A stretch of DNA of 64,000 nt. Origin: Tubiluchus corallicola (lineage: Eukaryota > Animalia > Priapulida). Under the pieces are notes generated by a model. The model worked only from the letters and a program-made list of their open reading frames with translations. It made no database searches and had not been told where the DNA came from. Every line of letters begins with the position of its first letter. The first letter of the stretch is position 1. Location: NCBI GenBank assembly GCA_030141605.1, contig JAQGDQ010000016.1, positions 932,282-996,281 on the forward strand, given 5' to 3'. Positions 15,310-28,400 of the stretch are shown in pieces. Position numbers and translations under genes: made by a program.

Positions 15310-15968
15310 CAGTGACATCATGATTCATGACGTCATTAACTGCACCCTCGCCATATCTTGCCAACACTTCTCTAGGTAAACGAGTTAATACAATTTCCAT
15401 TGAATTTGAATAGTTTTAGGTAATACCGGTAACTATTTAGGGAGCCCACCGTGCATTTTAGTGATCCTGTTTCATTTGAGTGACTTGATCAGATTCAAAC
15501 TAGGTAAATCTCCTATTTCGATTGGCTGTCCTTCCACACATGCACATGTTACATGTATGGAATATATATTTATATGTAAATATAATATAATAACATGGAC
15601 ATGCAATTTACTGTTTGTGTAGGGTTTAAGCTTTTCAAGCAATGAAAATTTTTGCTTGAACGGCTAAGTTTTTGAATTTGCTGGGAGTGTATGGCAACGT
15701 TTAGGTGTAAGGTAATCGTTTCACGTACCACTGAGTTACTTATTACTGTATTTAAGAGTTCAATGACATGTAAAGAATGCTATAATAAGTCGCTTGAAAT
15801 GCACAGCGGATATTTTAATTTAAAAACAATGGGGTCCTCGAATTATAATTCGCGACATGCAGTGAGCAAAAGGTTATTGATAATTGAACCGTTGATTGTG
15901 TTACCTGTTGTGTGTTGTTCAGGTGTCAGACTAATTGGCCTAGACTCAAGAGTAGACTGTGTTAGCAG
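15310..15968 (+). promoter_or_regulatory. Possible alternative vigilin promoter/enhancer and non-coding exon 15923-15968
   Basis: CRE TGACGTCA at 15328-15335 next to TGACATCA and TGATTCA; GATTGG at ~15520; TTGTTCAG|...AGCAG|GTAACT exon-like segment. Confidence 0.3.
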
Positions 15969-18900
15969 GTAACTGAGCGGGGCAGAACCTGGTACAATTT
16001 TGAATTACTTCTCTAACAGCAGGCTAGCACTGAATTTAATAGAAAGGTTATCAAAATACTTTTCTGTGTTTTTTTTGTGAAAGCACTTCGCAAAAAACGA
16101 TTTTGAATTGCTTGTTTTTGGCAGGTATCTAGTATATCAAAGTACATTAAAAATCTGAATCGATGAGTCAAAGAAATACTAGGTCCACTCTACCATGCAA
16201 AGTGTTAAGAAGTCATTAGGTCGAAGAAGCACAGATTTACCTTCTACAGTGATGGATTTAACTGACGTGTTATGAAAGAGGTTTTGTTCAAAGTTACAAG
16301 ACTTAGTGTTTACCAGGCGCTGCCACAGAATCATCCACGTAACTGTGCGTGTCTTTGCGTACAGCATTTTAGAAATGCTTTACAAAACTGCGAAAGGTCA
16401 CCCAGCTAGAATTTTACGGTAAATGTCAAGAGAGCTTGTCCCGAATACTTGCTGTTTAATTTTCTCGTTATTGATATTGGAGTATGTACGCCACTCTGTA
16501 CATTAATTATGTTCCGTTTTGTTGTTATTCCACTTTTTGTAGATTATGTGCACGATTGTGGGTTGAAAAATTATTCTAATGTCCGTGGCCATTCATGATC
16601 TGATAATGATTTTCGTCTGTCTGGTGCCATCGTTCCCTGAACTGCCTGGGGCCAACATTGAGTGTGCAGCCATGCTGAGCCAGCGAGAGTAAATAAACTT
16701 GGTGTGACTCTAGAGTAAACACAAATTAAAAGGGCCACCGAGTGTGTAGTATGTTTAGAGCACTCGAAGGGAGAAGGAAAAATGAGACAAACTATTACCA
16801 GACTTGTAAACTTACTATAATTATTAAAGGTCAAACTTTTTGTGCTAGATGAGACAAGATTAGTCCTACATATTGCGCGGGGAATCTAAAACGGTTTACT
16901 GAGTACATAAGAGTGTACACAATAAAAGCTATGAAAGTTATACCTTTTTTGCGAATGTGTTATTTGCCAAATGCATTCTGATTAAATTCTCAAGGCTCAA
17001 ATCGTTTTCAGTAGATTCGGCAACCTCTGGCGTATGATGGGACGTCTGCTGCTTTATCCATTGTAGTACAAGTTCTCTGACAAAACCTTCAGTCGTTCTG
17101 CATATGTGCTGAAGCTCTAGTATAGATTTCACGATTAATGTGCAATACGTTGTTGTTTTAGTGCTTTTTTTTTATAAAATTCAGCAAATGTCCCGCACCC
17201 ATTTTCCATATCCCATTACATTGGTTTTTTTGCTCAGTAGTGTCAATGCATAAGGCAGTAAATTTGAAAATACGTTAAAAATCATCTTGGGAAATTTCGA
17301 AAAGTTGTTAATACCGCTGTCATAATACAAAAAATGTAAAAGTGGGCCAGTAAATTTTATGTCCCAGAAATGATGTAAAGTCCAGAATAATGTGTTGTTT
17401 CCGCTTCACAAATACCTGAAAGACCTTTAAAAGCTGTAGAAAATTTTATGTAATAGGAAGAGAATAGTGTTGGGAAGACTATGAGACTAACGTGTAGTCT
17501 ATACTGCAACACTGGCTATTATGACATTGCTATTAATGTGGACAGTGGATAATATGAGAGGCCGTATAAGCGAAAAAAGCGTTATTTACTTGAGCTATTT
17601 TTTGTACTGGTAGGTGTTCATCCCAAACTAGGCCAGTGGCCACTCGGGGTAAGAGAGAGAAATCTTAACGCAGATTCAGAAAAATAGAATTTTTAGTAGC
17701 TAATTTGCCAATTTTGAAGCAAGTGAGTTTGTAGTTAACAGGCATACCGTGGTAAGGAACTTACACAATTTGTAAGAGATCCTTGAAGGGAAAATGGATT
17801 TATAGTCAGCCATTCCGTATCTGGTGTTGTCCATGGTAAAATATATGAAAGCAACAAAACTATGGAACAAGTTCTATATTAGCTGCATACATGTCTGAGT
17901 TAGCCACTTTTTTTCCAGAACCCGAAAGACTTAAATATATATGAGATTAATGCGGCTATTGTCAAGCTATAACAAGGTCTATATGGTCAACCTAATGTCA
18001 GATTTTGGTGTCAGTCAAATCACAATAATATACATTAGAATTAAATTTTATTGGTTTGCGTGCACTAAGTTGACAAATTTTAGCTGCCTGTTTGACGTGG
18101 TGGTAATCAGGAAGTGTCACGACAAATCAATGTTGTTACCAAGAAACTTTCTGCATTTTATTCTGTCACCAAGCATGAGATAAATGGTATGGTATGGGCT
18201 CCTTTGACTGGCAGTCTTTTACAAATAATTGTTTTGTTATAACTTACGAGGTATTATAGTTATGTTAAATTATCGCAATCAATTCAGTTCAGTTAAATTC
18301 AAGTTTGTTTTCCTAAACACAAACAAAAAAATTAAACAATAACATCTTAATAACAAATGAACTACGTGTAGTTACTTAAACTACAAATCGAAATTTAGAC
18401 TAACTCTAGCAATGAACTAACTATATTACATTGTAATTTGAATTTTCAATTGCTTTCAAAGTATTTAGCAACACAATAATTATGAATATATATACCATAA
18501 AGATATAAAATACAAATTTTTTTAAAAAATACAAAAACTCGTCTTCACTCATCACCGTCATCACCATTAAAATAGTCAAGACTTCATTTAAAATCATGCA
18601 ACGGGTTGGTTAGTCATATTAATTGTCAGATAAACTTAGCAGAAATATTTTATATATTTTACACTCACAGAGTTCCTAACACTCCACTGAATTAAATATT
18701 TCTGACGTGTTTTCACATTAATTAGATATACCAAGCTTTCTGTATTGTTCGCTAGCTTTCTACTAGTAAGTTCCACGTGCCAATAAATAATTAATGGCAC
18801 TTAATTTACTCGCTCGTGTGTTGACGTCACTATTACCATTGTGCCCATTGACTGTTTTCACTTTTTCACTTTTCATCAGACTTCATGGCTGTATAGACTA

Positions 18901-19451
18901 TATTCATATATGGTATGGTCTGTATTATAACAGTGAATGAACATGTTAGGACATCGTTTCCCATTTTCCCTAGTATCAAAGAGGCTGGAAACCTTAAGCA
19001 GCAGTGCTCCCTGCTCTGTTACCTACTGTACTACCATGAATTAAATTTTTGCAAAAGTTTACCTGACTTCATGAAATAAATTAAATAATTACTTTTCTAG
19101 ATATTTTTATAGCCACGGCTTAGCCATGGTTGTAAAGAATTTTACTTCTTGGTTTAAAACATCTGCTATCGGTCTGGAATTGCTGAAATGTGGCGTAATA
19201 ACTTAGCCGCGTACTTATTTTTACACTATACTTACTGCAGTTAAGGAAATCGCTACTCAGTGTGCTTGCAATGTAACAAAAATGTGCCATCTTTGCAGTC
19301 TGTCCTGCTAGAAACAGCATGTAAATCCCATTAAAAATTACATAAAACTGCTTATTATGAAAAACTCTGATTCAGCCAATATGCTGTGTTTTTCTGAGCT
19401 TATCCATTGTTTCAGCAGCAGTACTGTCGACTCGGATTTGAATAATCGACT

Positions 19452-22400
19452 ATGAATATGGATACAATGATACAATCTGAGGAGCTGAACAGGTAGGTGT
19501 TCTGACAGGTATGACGTGTGCTGACAACATTGAGAATTGCGTCTTTTTTGCTTAATTTATCCTTTTTTGCTTGTTCTTTTTCATCTGCTCTCTTCCTGTT
19601 GTTTCCAAATGCATTTGATAAATATCATTTTAAGCATGAGTTACTCGTGTTGCTTTTTTACTGAAACTCTACCATAATTTTAAAAATGCTTACTCCTTAA
19701 TTTTTTTATAGAAATTCACTAGATTCCTTAAGCATTGTCGGTGTTAGAACGTGTACATTTAAGAAATGAGCGCACTGATAATATTTAATAGTGATTTAAT
19801 AACTGTAAACTATTCCGGGTATAAAATATTAGCCATCTACAATGCCTTAACGTCATTTCATAAACTGAGAAGCAAGTACAGTACCATCAGCATTTATTAA
19901 TTTTTTTTAACAGCCACTCTGTCCAATGTGCATTTAGCATTAATTTTTTATGACTTGGCAAAACGAGAATGCCATCCATTACAAGTAAATGAAAAGCTGC
20001 AATTCTATACATTTTTGTTGTTTTGAAATCCTTATTTCAACATTTTGTGTGTTTCATCCTAATAATGTTTCTGGAAAGCTGAGATACATAGTTTACGTAC
20101 TGGATTGGATAAAATCTAATCACTTTGTCGCAGTCATGGTCGAGATACGGCTTTGAGGAGCTTACAGGATTAAGTGTGTGCAATCCATTCTCTTACGTTT
20201 GCTTTTGTATTACTTAACTGCAGTGCACGGAGAATCCTGCTATTCTAGCGCTTTACAGCATCAAATGTTCTCAAACTAGCAACATCATTTCATCAACATT
20301 TTGCAATGTGTTTTATTTTAAAATAGAGCTGTGTAGAAAAACACAGCTCCAGTCGCATTTCTATGTTTTTAATCTTACACCAAAAAGCAAGATACCTTGT
20401 ATGTGTCTAACTTAAGTATCAGTTAGCTAACTTGAGTGCTTGTTTTGCTTGCTTACTTGTTTGATGGCTTTTACCAAAAACCAAGAATTTTGGGAAAATT
20501 TTGTTGTGCTTAAAATTGTGTCATGTGAGCATTTACCATAAGATTTTTAGCTTTAGGTTGCATTTTTAGGGTAAACAACAACCATGCGGAAGAGGCGTAC
20601 GAACCAGCATCACCTCCTACATACAGTGAGGCATTCCCACCTCTCGTCTCCCAACCTCGGCAACCCACTGCTCACCCATCTAGCTTAGGAAAATGGAATC
20701 AGAAAATGGCTGTGAGAACATCATCTGTTACACAGGTTTGTTTTTATTACTAAGGTGTTCAGTCAAACTGCAAAAACATTTATGTCTGTATTATGTATTT
20801 CTTACATACTTATAATTTGAAATATTGTACTTGCCTAAATTTAGATTTCTTAATACGGCAGTAATAATTGTATTGCAAATGGCAGAAAAATGAAAAGCGA
20901 TAACATAATTTTAAGAAACTGTGAGTTTGAAGGCTATCCTGCAGCCATCCTTCTTCATAGCTTTGACTTAAAGAAGATTTGGTTAAAGAAGTTTGGTTAA
21001 ATTTCTGGGTAATCAATAGCTTTTATTGAGCTTCCCTTGGGTTATCATTTAGGTGTGTTTTGTTTTTTATTTAATTGATACTTGAAAAATGGGCCTACAG
21101 TGAATTAATATTTTATAAATATTGTGTAATGATGTGAGTGTTTTTGTGCAAATGTGTTTTCTGTTCTTTAAATAACATTGCTATTACAAAAAATCTTATT
21201 TATAAATATAGACACTTACGGTGCTTGGAAGTTTGTGTCCATCTGGCACAATTATTCAGGTACAAGTACAAGATGTGATTTTTTATTAGCAAGTTCAGCT
21301 AGTCGCATTTGTTACTTATACATGTACCTACAATATTGTATAGGTTTTCACTGTACCAATGGAGGAACGCAGATTCAAAGACTTTGAAATGCATGAGCAG
21401 AATTTCGGTGGACAAAGTGAACAGGCTAAAATTTGTGCTGACATCATGCAAAAGACAGGTAAGATGGGTAGACCTTTCTGTTTCCTCTGTAAGTTTAGAA
21501 AGGGGCCATTTGCTGTTGTTCTTGAATTGCTTATTTGGTACCGAGTAGCTATACCTGTATTATAAACTTTGCAGTTCGCATTACTGCTCTCTTGCAAGAG
21601 CAATTTCCCCTTACTCAATTCAGTAGCAATTGTGCTAACACACTTTCCGTTTGAGGAAAAGGGTTATCTGCCGGGGCTACAAAACACATTGTTTAAAACA
21701 AATATAGGTACCCTTGTGTGCCTAAAAGGTTTGTGACCTTTGAGTGACTATGACACCGATCATATGTTACGTAAGCAATGCTTATGATGGATTCAATCAG
21801 ACCTGTTGATTTGGGATATCAATAGTGAAGGAAGTTGTCAGTTACTTCAGTTGGAACCAAATTGATTTTTGGTAATATGAGGTACAATGTTTACAATAGC
21901 GTATAAGATTGTCAATGCATGCACATCGCATATAAGATTAGCTCACCTTCTAGGACTAAAATTAAAGATGTTGGCAGAAGTATTAGTTTGAATTGAGCAG
22001 AAGAGATAGGATAACATAATAGTTTTTTTGTAGGATGCCACATTGAAATGAACATGAACCGTGATCAGAGTCTGACACTTGTTGTAACAGGAAAGAATGA
22101 CGCGGTTATGCAGGCACGGCGCAAAATACTCAATGAACTACAGATGCAGGTACATTTTATTGCAGCATCAATGCCAATCCTTAATGTTCCTGGGATTTTT
22201 TGCTTTTAATGTTGCTTATGGTTCTCCAATTTTTTTTCACAAAATCTCACAACTTTTCGTGCAACTTTGTAGTGTATTATATAATTAAGAAATGTTCCAC
22301 GTCAGTTGAATTTGAAGATTATTTGAAGTTAAATTGACAGAAAGGAAAAATATGAAAAAATCGAATATAAATGTTTATAGTAAACTAAATTAATATCATA

Positions 22401-25400
22401 TTCGGTTATTGATCTGGGTGCATAATAATTGATGAGAGAGTAAGTTAATCTCAAGCGAGTAACTTTTTGAGATTTTAGTACTTTTCATGTGTTTCTAGGT
22501 AACGGTTATCATCAACATCCCTAAGGATCACCATCGTGTTCTTCTTGGTCGAAGCGGAAGCAACCTGGCAAAACTGGAGTTGGAAACGGCGACAAAAATC
22601 AGCATACCGAGGCAGGATGAGAATTCTGACGCCATCCGAATTACTGGAACAAAAGAGGGCATCGATAAAGCAAGACACGAGATACAGGTCATTTCTGATG
22701 AACAGGTAATCTTTGTATACTGTGGCACCTAATTAAAGCATTTTACTGATAATACCTGGAATTAAATCAGAGAGTAGAACTCATTTTAGATTATATTATA
22801 CATATTTAATTACACTAGATCACGATAGCCGATATTCTTATTAATAAAATGCACGTCAAGCTATTTTTGGTTTAGTGAAATGAAAATTAACATTACTTCT
22901 GTGTAATTATAAGCTAATGAGCTGATGGAATATTACCACAATTTTAAAATGTCAAAGTTCTGCCTTTCGTCATAATATGCCAAGCATATCCAGGTGTGCA
23001 GACACGTATTTCAAATCCTTGATGGACATAATGGCTTTAAGTACATAAAAACTCGATCAACATGTTAATAATGATTTTAATTTCAGCTTTTTTATGCAAT
23101 GTTGGCTTGTTCAACTACTATTTTTTATTCCTGAATTTTGAGTCCATAAATTGCTCTTTCACTGGCACAATGTGTATTGATGAACTTGCAAAAAATGTTG
23201 AAACAAAATATTTAGATGATTAATTTGGAAAGTATCGATCTTGCTAATTTAGAGGTGTGCGTTTTTGCATTTCCTCTTTTTGCTGTTATAGGCAAAATTG
23301 GCGTTTGAACGCTTGCATGTCAAGAAAGCCTACCACCCTTTTATTTGTGGACCGCATAATGAATTAACTGCTGCAATATCCCGGGAAACAGGAGCACGAA
23401 TAAACGTTCCACCTCCGGCAGTCATGAAAGATGAAATCTGTGTTGCAGGAGAAAAGGAAGGCGTTGCAAAAGCTGTGCACAGAATCATGGAAATCTACGA
23501 AGAAAAGGTAACCAGGGGCCAGATTCACTAAAGTTCTTACGAACAATTTTCTTCGTTAAGTTTGTGCGTATGAACTTTTTGACGCTACGCACGGATTCAC
23601 TAAACCGTCTTCGTAAAAATCTTAAATTTGCTCGTAACTTATGCGGGGATTAGAGTTTCCGTAGTACAATTTTGCATGTTGTGCACAGTTTAAATGGCTA
23701 TGGCTGGTGTTTTCGTGGAAGAGGAAAAGGCTAATAATAGAAATTCCCTCTCCCTCTCCCTCTCCCACTGCCTCTATGTTTAAGTAAATGTATTCACTCT
23801 TCAACATATTTTTATGAAAGCTTTTTGAAATTTGAAATTAATTTTCCTTTCCTAATGATTGTTGTTAACCCCTGCCCCATACAAAGTTCTTAACTTTTTA
23901 GCAGCGGAAATGTCAGACTGTTTCTGTTGAAGTGAGCAAGTCCCAGCACAAGTACGTCATTGGCCCTCGGGCTGCCAATCTAAGTGAGATTCTAGAAACA
24001 ACTGGTGTGTCGGTGGAGATGCCGCCCCTGAACAACCTTTCAGAAACAATTACCCTGCGTGGCGAGCCCGACAAACTCGGGGCTGCACTAACTCTTGTAT
24101 ATGCTAAGGTATTTCAATTAGTGTTTCACTGCTTAGTAAGTTGCTTATTTATATTTTTATTAAATTCAAGTTTTAAAGCTGTTGCTTTCTTTGCTGAGGG
24201 TCTGTTATTCTGCTCTGAGAAAACAGCTTAACTTACTGTGATACATGCCTTTACTGATGGTAGTATGAGGTATCAATAGAATGCATACGGAAGGTACAAT
24301 TGTTTTGGTGTAGTCTAACAAAACTACTTTTAATACTGAGTCTGTGAACTGGTGCTACATTGACCCAGTTGTTAATTACTAACAATTGTTAAAGGAAGAT
24401 AGGATGATTTTTCATATACTACCCTATTTTCAAGTCCAATAAAAAGTATACATTTTAACACTAATAATACTGCAAAAGCGTTTCTCATAATTAAGTAATA
24501 GATTAAAAACCTAATTAACGACGGGCGAGCCCAACTATTGATGTCATCACAAACTAACATAATTTTCAATGGCAGAAGAATTCTACGAGCGTGTTGCACG
24601 TGTTTGCGAAAGCGAAAATTGAAGTACAGTGTAATTGTAAGATATTCAGTGTGTTGTACTAAAAAATAGTAATTAGTAACTAGTAAAAAATATCTTTTAA
24701 AATAAAAATTCAAATTTACTGCTGTGCTCACACATGAGCTGTCGAACATGTGTAGTGCATGAGAAACCAACACATCTGAACTGAGAGGTACAGCACCTGT
24801 TTTTGTGTAATGCGTTTCCAAAATGCAGGTGCTAGTGCTAACTAGCAAATGGCGAAATGCATGTAATAGTGAAGAACTAATGGTGCAAACGCCAAATTGT
24901 GTTTGTGTGGTAACAATTCTTTCACGCAAGTCATTTTTGAAAAAAATTGTGTGTTCTGTGTTCCCTTTCAGTATTTTAAAGTAGCAGATTGTTTTGACCT
25001 ACAGTTAAAGATTGGGTCCGGTTTTGCTTTAAGCTTGTGAAAGTATGATTCTGAAGACTGGGACATGAAACTTTTCTTTTATTGTTCAGTGACTAGTGTA
25101 CTTCTCCAAATTCTCGAAATTTTATTTCTGCAATATTGTTTACAGGCTAACAGTGTATGTGCAACCGAAGTTGAAGCTGAAGCTTGGTTGCATAAGTTCA
25201 TCATTGGCAAGGCCGGCAGCAACATTCGTCAACTCACCGAGGACCTTCAGAAAGTCCATGTGGAGTTCGTCGATGACAAAATCGTGATTGAGGGCCCGCC
25301 AGAGCAGGTTGAGGAAGCTCGGAAAAATTTGGAAAAACATATCGCTGAACTGGTGAGTGGCTAGAGTAATGAATTGCAGACGACTGTTTATTTCTCTTAA

Positions 25401-28400
25401 TGTTTAACAAAGTATTATTGTAGATAAGAAACCTGCGCTTAGAGTTCGGTTAAGGCTTGTGATCAGAATTCATGACAGTATTATGTATTTTGCAGAAAAG
25501 TCGCATTTCATTTGAGGACTTGACTGTGGATCAGAAATTTCACAGGCATATCATTGGCAAGTCAGGCTCAAATAGTAAGTATACTAATTCTATAAAAATT
25601 GCCTGTTATGTACCTTCATGTGTGTACCTATGTTCATGGTTATATTAATAATGGATATATCTTTCTGTGGGTTTCTAGTGCATTTTTAATTTTGTTGAGT
25701 GAGTTTACATAGCAGCTAAAATATGGTACAAAATAAGAATTTTTGCTGCAAGTGGAATTTTTCTTAGCTGTGGCACTACATTTTTTAGTTAATCGCATCA
25801 AAGCAGAAACCGGTGTACAGATTATCATACCATCCGACAATGAAAACAGCAATGTGATACGCATCGAAGGTAACCCACAGGGAGTACAGCAAGCTAAGAA
25901 GGACCTCTTAGACCTGGTGTTGAAAATGGTGAGCTGCTTTGATTTTATACATTTTTTGTTCATTTGTGCAACACAAACTTTTCATGTGCTGCATAATTAA
26001 TTTAGCTGAAATGTGAATATCAAGTTTTCAACTTCTTTGTATTAGTTTTTATTGTTATAGCTCTTTTGACTCTTTACTTTCAGGAAAATGAAAAATCAAA
26101 AGACATTATCATCGAACAGCGTTTTCACAGGAATTTCATTGGCACTAAAGGTGAAAAAATCAGAGAAGTTCGCGATAAGTTTAATCAGGTCTGTTTCGTA
26201 TTTCTTTTTTTTTATATTTTCGACATTTTGTTTAAAAGTAGTCCTAGTTACTAATCATATTTGTAATCATAGTTGATTTGTTTTAGATTTCTAAGTCAGT
26301 TCTAAGTAATTAAGACATTAGAGTCTGATCATGAAGCCCATAGTTGTCGTAGTACACACGGGAAATTTTGAAACATAATACCATTTTTGCTACTGGCAGT
26401 ACATTTAGTAGGATTTTTATAATCGATTAATCAGATGTGAGACGGACTCAACAATCGAATATAATCAATTATAAAGCTATTTTACGAGATTGTAGGTGTA
26501 CATGTTCGTGTTTACCGGAAATCTTTGTTTCTAAGCAGCAACCCCTTTACGCGAAGTTACTGTGCAAATGTGACTTGATTTTAAGGCAATGACAACTATA
26601 TTTGTCATTCATGTTTTGTGGATTTTCCGCAAATGAAGTTGAAAATGTTATTGGTAATGCAATCAATTTGTATCGGTAACTGAAAAATTAATAAAGACTG
26701 AGAAGCAAAAACCCAAATCAATTATAGCTGGTAAAGTCAATTAATTTGTGCTATCACTACTATATTTGCTGCAGTCTATCTGTGTATCAAAGTTAGTTCA
26801 GTGATCTCTATAGGATAACTTTCACATAATCAAAATATACAACTTTTTGATGTATTAAACATTGTATACCCTTTTTTAGGTAATTATAACATTCCCAGAG
26901 GCAGGGAAGAAGAGTAATGTGGTGTCAGTTAGGGGTCCAAAACAGGATGTGGAGAAGTGCTGCCGCTATATGCAACAGTTGGTTATCCAAATGGTAAGCA
27001 AATGTTGAATACAATTTTCTAAAAAAAATGCAGCATAATAAGTTATTCTTAATAATTAGTTGTTTGCACATTAAAACACTGCTCCAGATGCACTGAAATG
27101 TTTTTTGGTGTTCACAGTCATCTTCATGAAAAATTATCAAATCTGTTAAATTTACTGCCTTAAGCTCTGTAGCTTGCTTTTTTATGAGCACAGAATCCTG
27201 GCTTTTATGGCCTTTATTGTGTGTGACCACCCACTATGTCTGTAAAAAAAGTCTAATCCAAAATCCATATTTATGTTTTTAAAGCAATTTTAACATGCTG
27301 CAGCACTGATTTCAGTGTAATATGACAGTAATTTTAATTTCGAATTGAGAGTTTTACAAAGATTTGTATTTACACATTTTGATTTCATACAGGAAGAGGA
27401 AAACTTCCAGATTCAAGTGCCTATATTTAAGCAGTTCCATAAGAACATCATCGGAAAAGGTGGAGCCACTATAAAGAAAATACGCGAGGAAACTAGTACC
27501 AAGATCGATCTGCCCATGGAGAACAGCGACTCTGATGTTATTGTTATCACTGGCCAGAAGCGTAATGCTGAAGCAGCAAAAAACAAGATCATGGCAATTC
27601 AAAATGAGTTGGTATGTTTTATAAGTTTTGCCTGCAAAAAGCTGCTTTGTACATGTTGGTGTCAATATTTCACAGTAATAATAGGTATTATAGGCTGCTA
27701 GTGATAACATGACAAAAATTAACTCACAGAACTACACTCATATCTCTGTTTACCGGACAGAAGCGGCAAGATGTCGGTCCGAATTTGCCAATTGTCCGTA
27801 TGTACCAATACTAAGCTAATACGGTATATTAGGGGTAATGTAGACTCGCGGTAATGTAGAATGAATTGCCTCATAGTCTCAGAAATGTCTAGTACGGGCC
27901 GATCCTGACATACAAACTACACACATGTCATTACGTGCTGCTTGGTTGCACTTATGTAATGATGTAAACAAAGTGACGGCCCGCCAACTAGCAGTCAGCT
28001 CGCGAAACTACAGACTGTGTAGCATGCGGGACTTTTAATGGTCCAGATTTTGTCCGATTTTGCTGATATCCCCTAAATGTGAGGTCGGCAAACAGATATA
28101 TGAGTGTATTTGAATATTAATCTAACTTAAAATAACTTCATTTATTGAACAACTGCTGTAAACAATGTGGTTTTCAGGCAAATATTGTGTCAGTGGAAAT
28201 TGACATTTCACACAAACATCACAACTCCATCATAGGAGCAAAGGGCCGTCTGATCCGTTCCATTATGGATGAGTGTGGTGGAGTCAACATCCGTTTTCCA
28301 CCTGAAGGATCTGGCAGTGACAAGGTGTGATGATTCAAAGAATTTTATTTGTTCATAGTATTTTATTGACTTAGCCAATGACATGGATAATAATAAACCA

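Noticed and set aside
16590-16680. Possible C/D-box snoRNA (CTGA motifs)
   Set aside because: No canonical RTGATGA C box, terminal stem or recognisable rRNA guide.
24372-24929. 185-aa minus-strand ORF in a vigilin intron
   Set aside because: Non-ATG start, no recognisable domain, intron-like composition.
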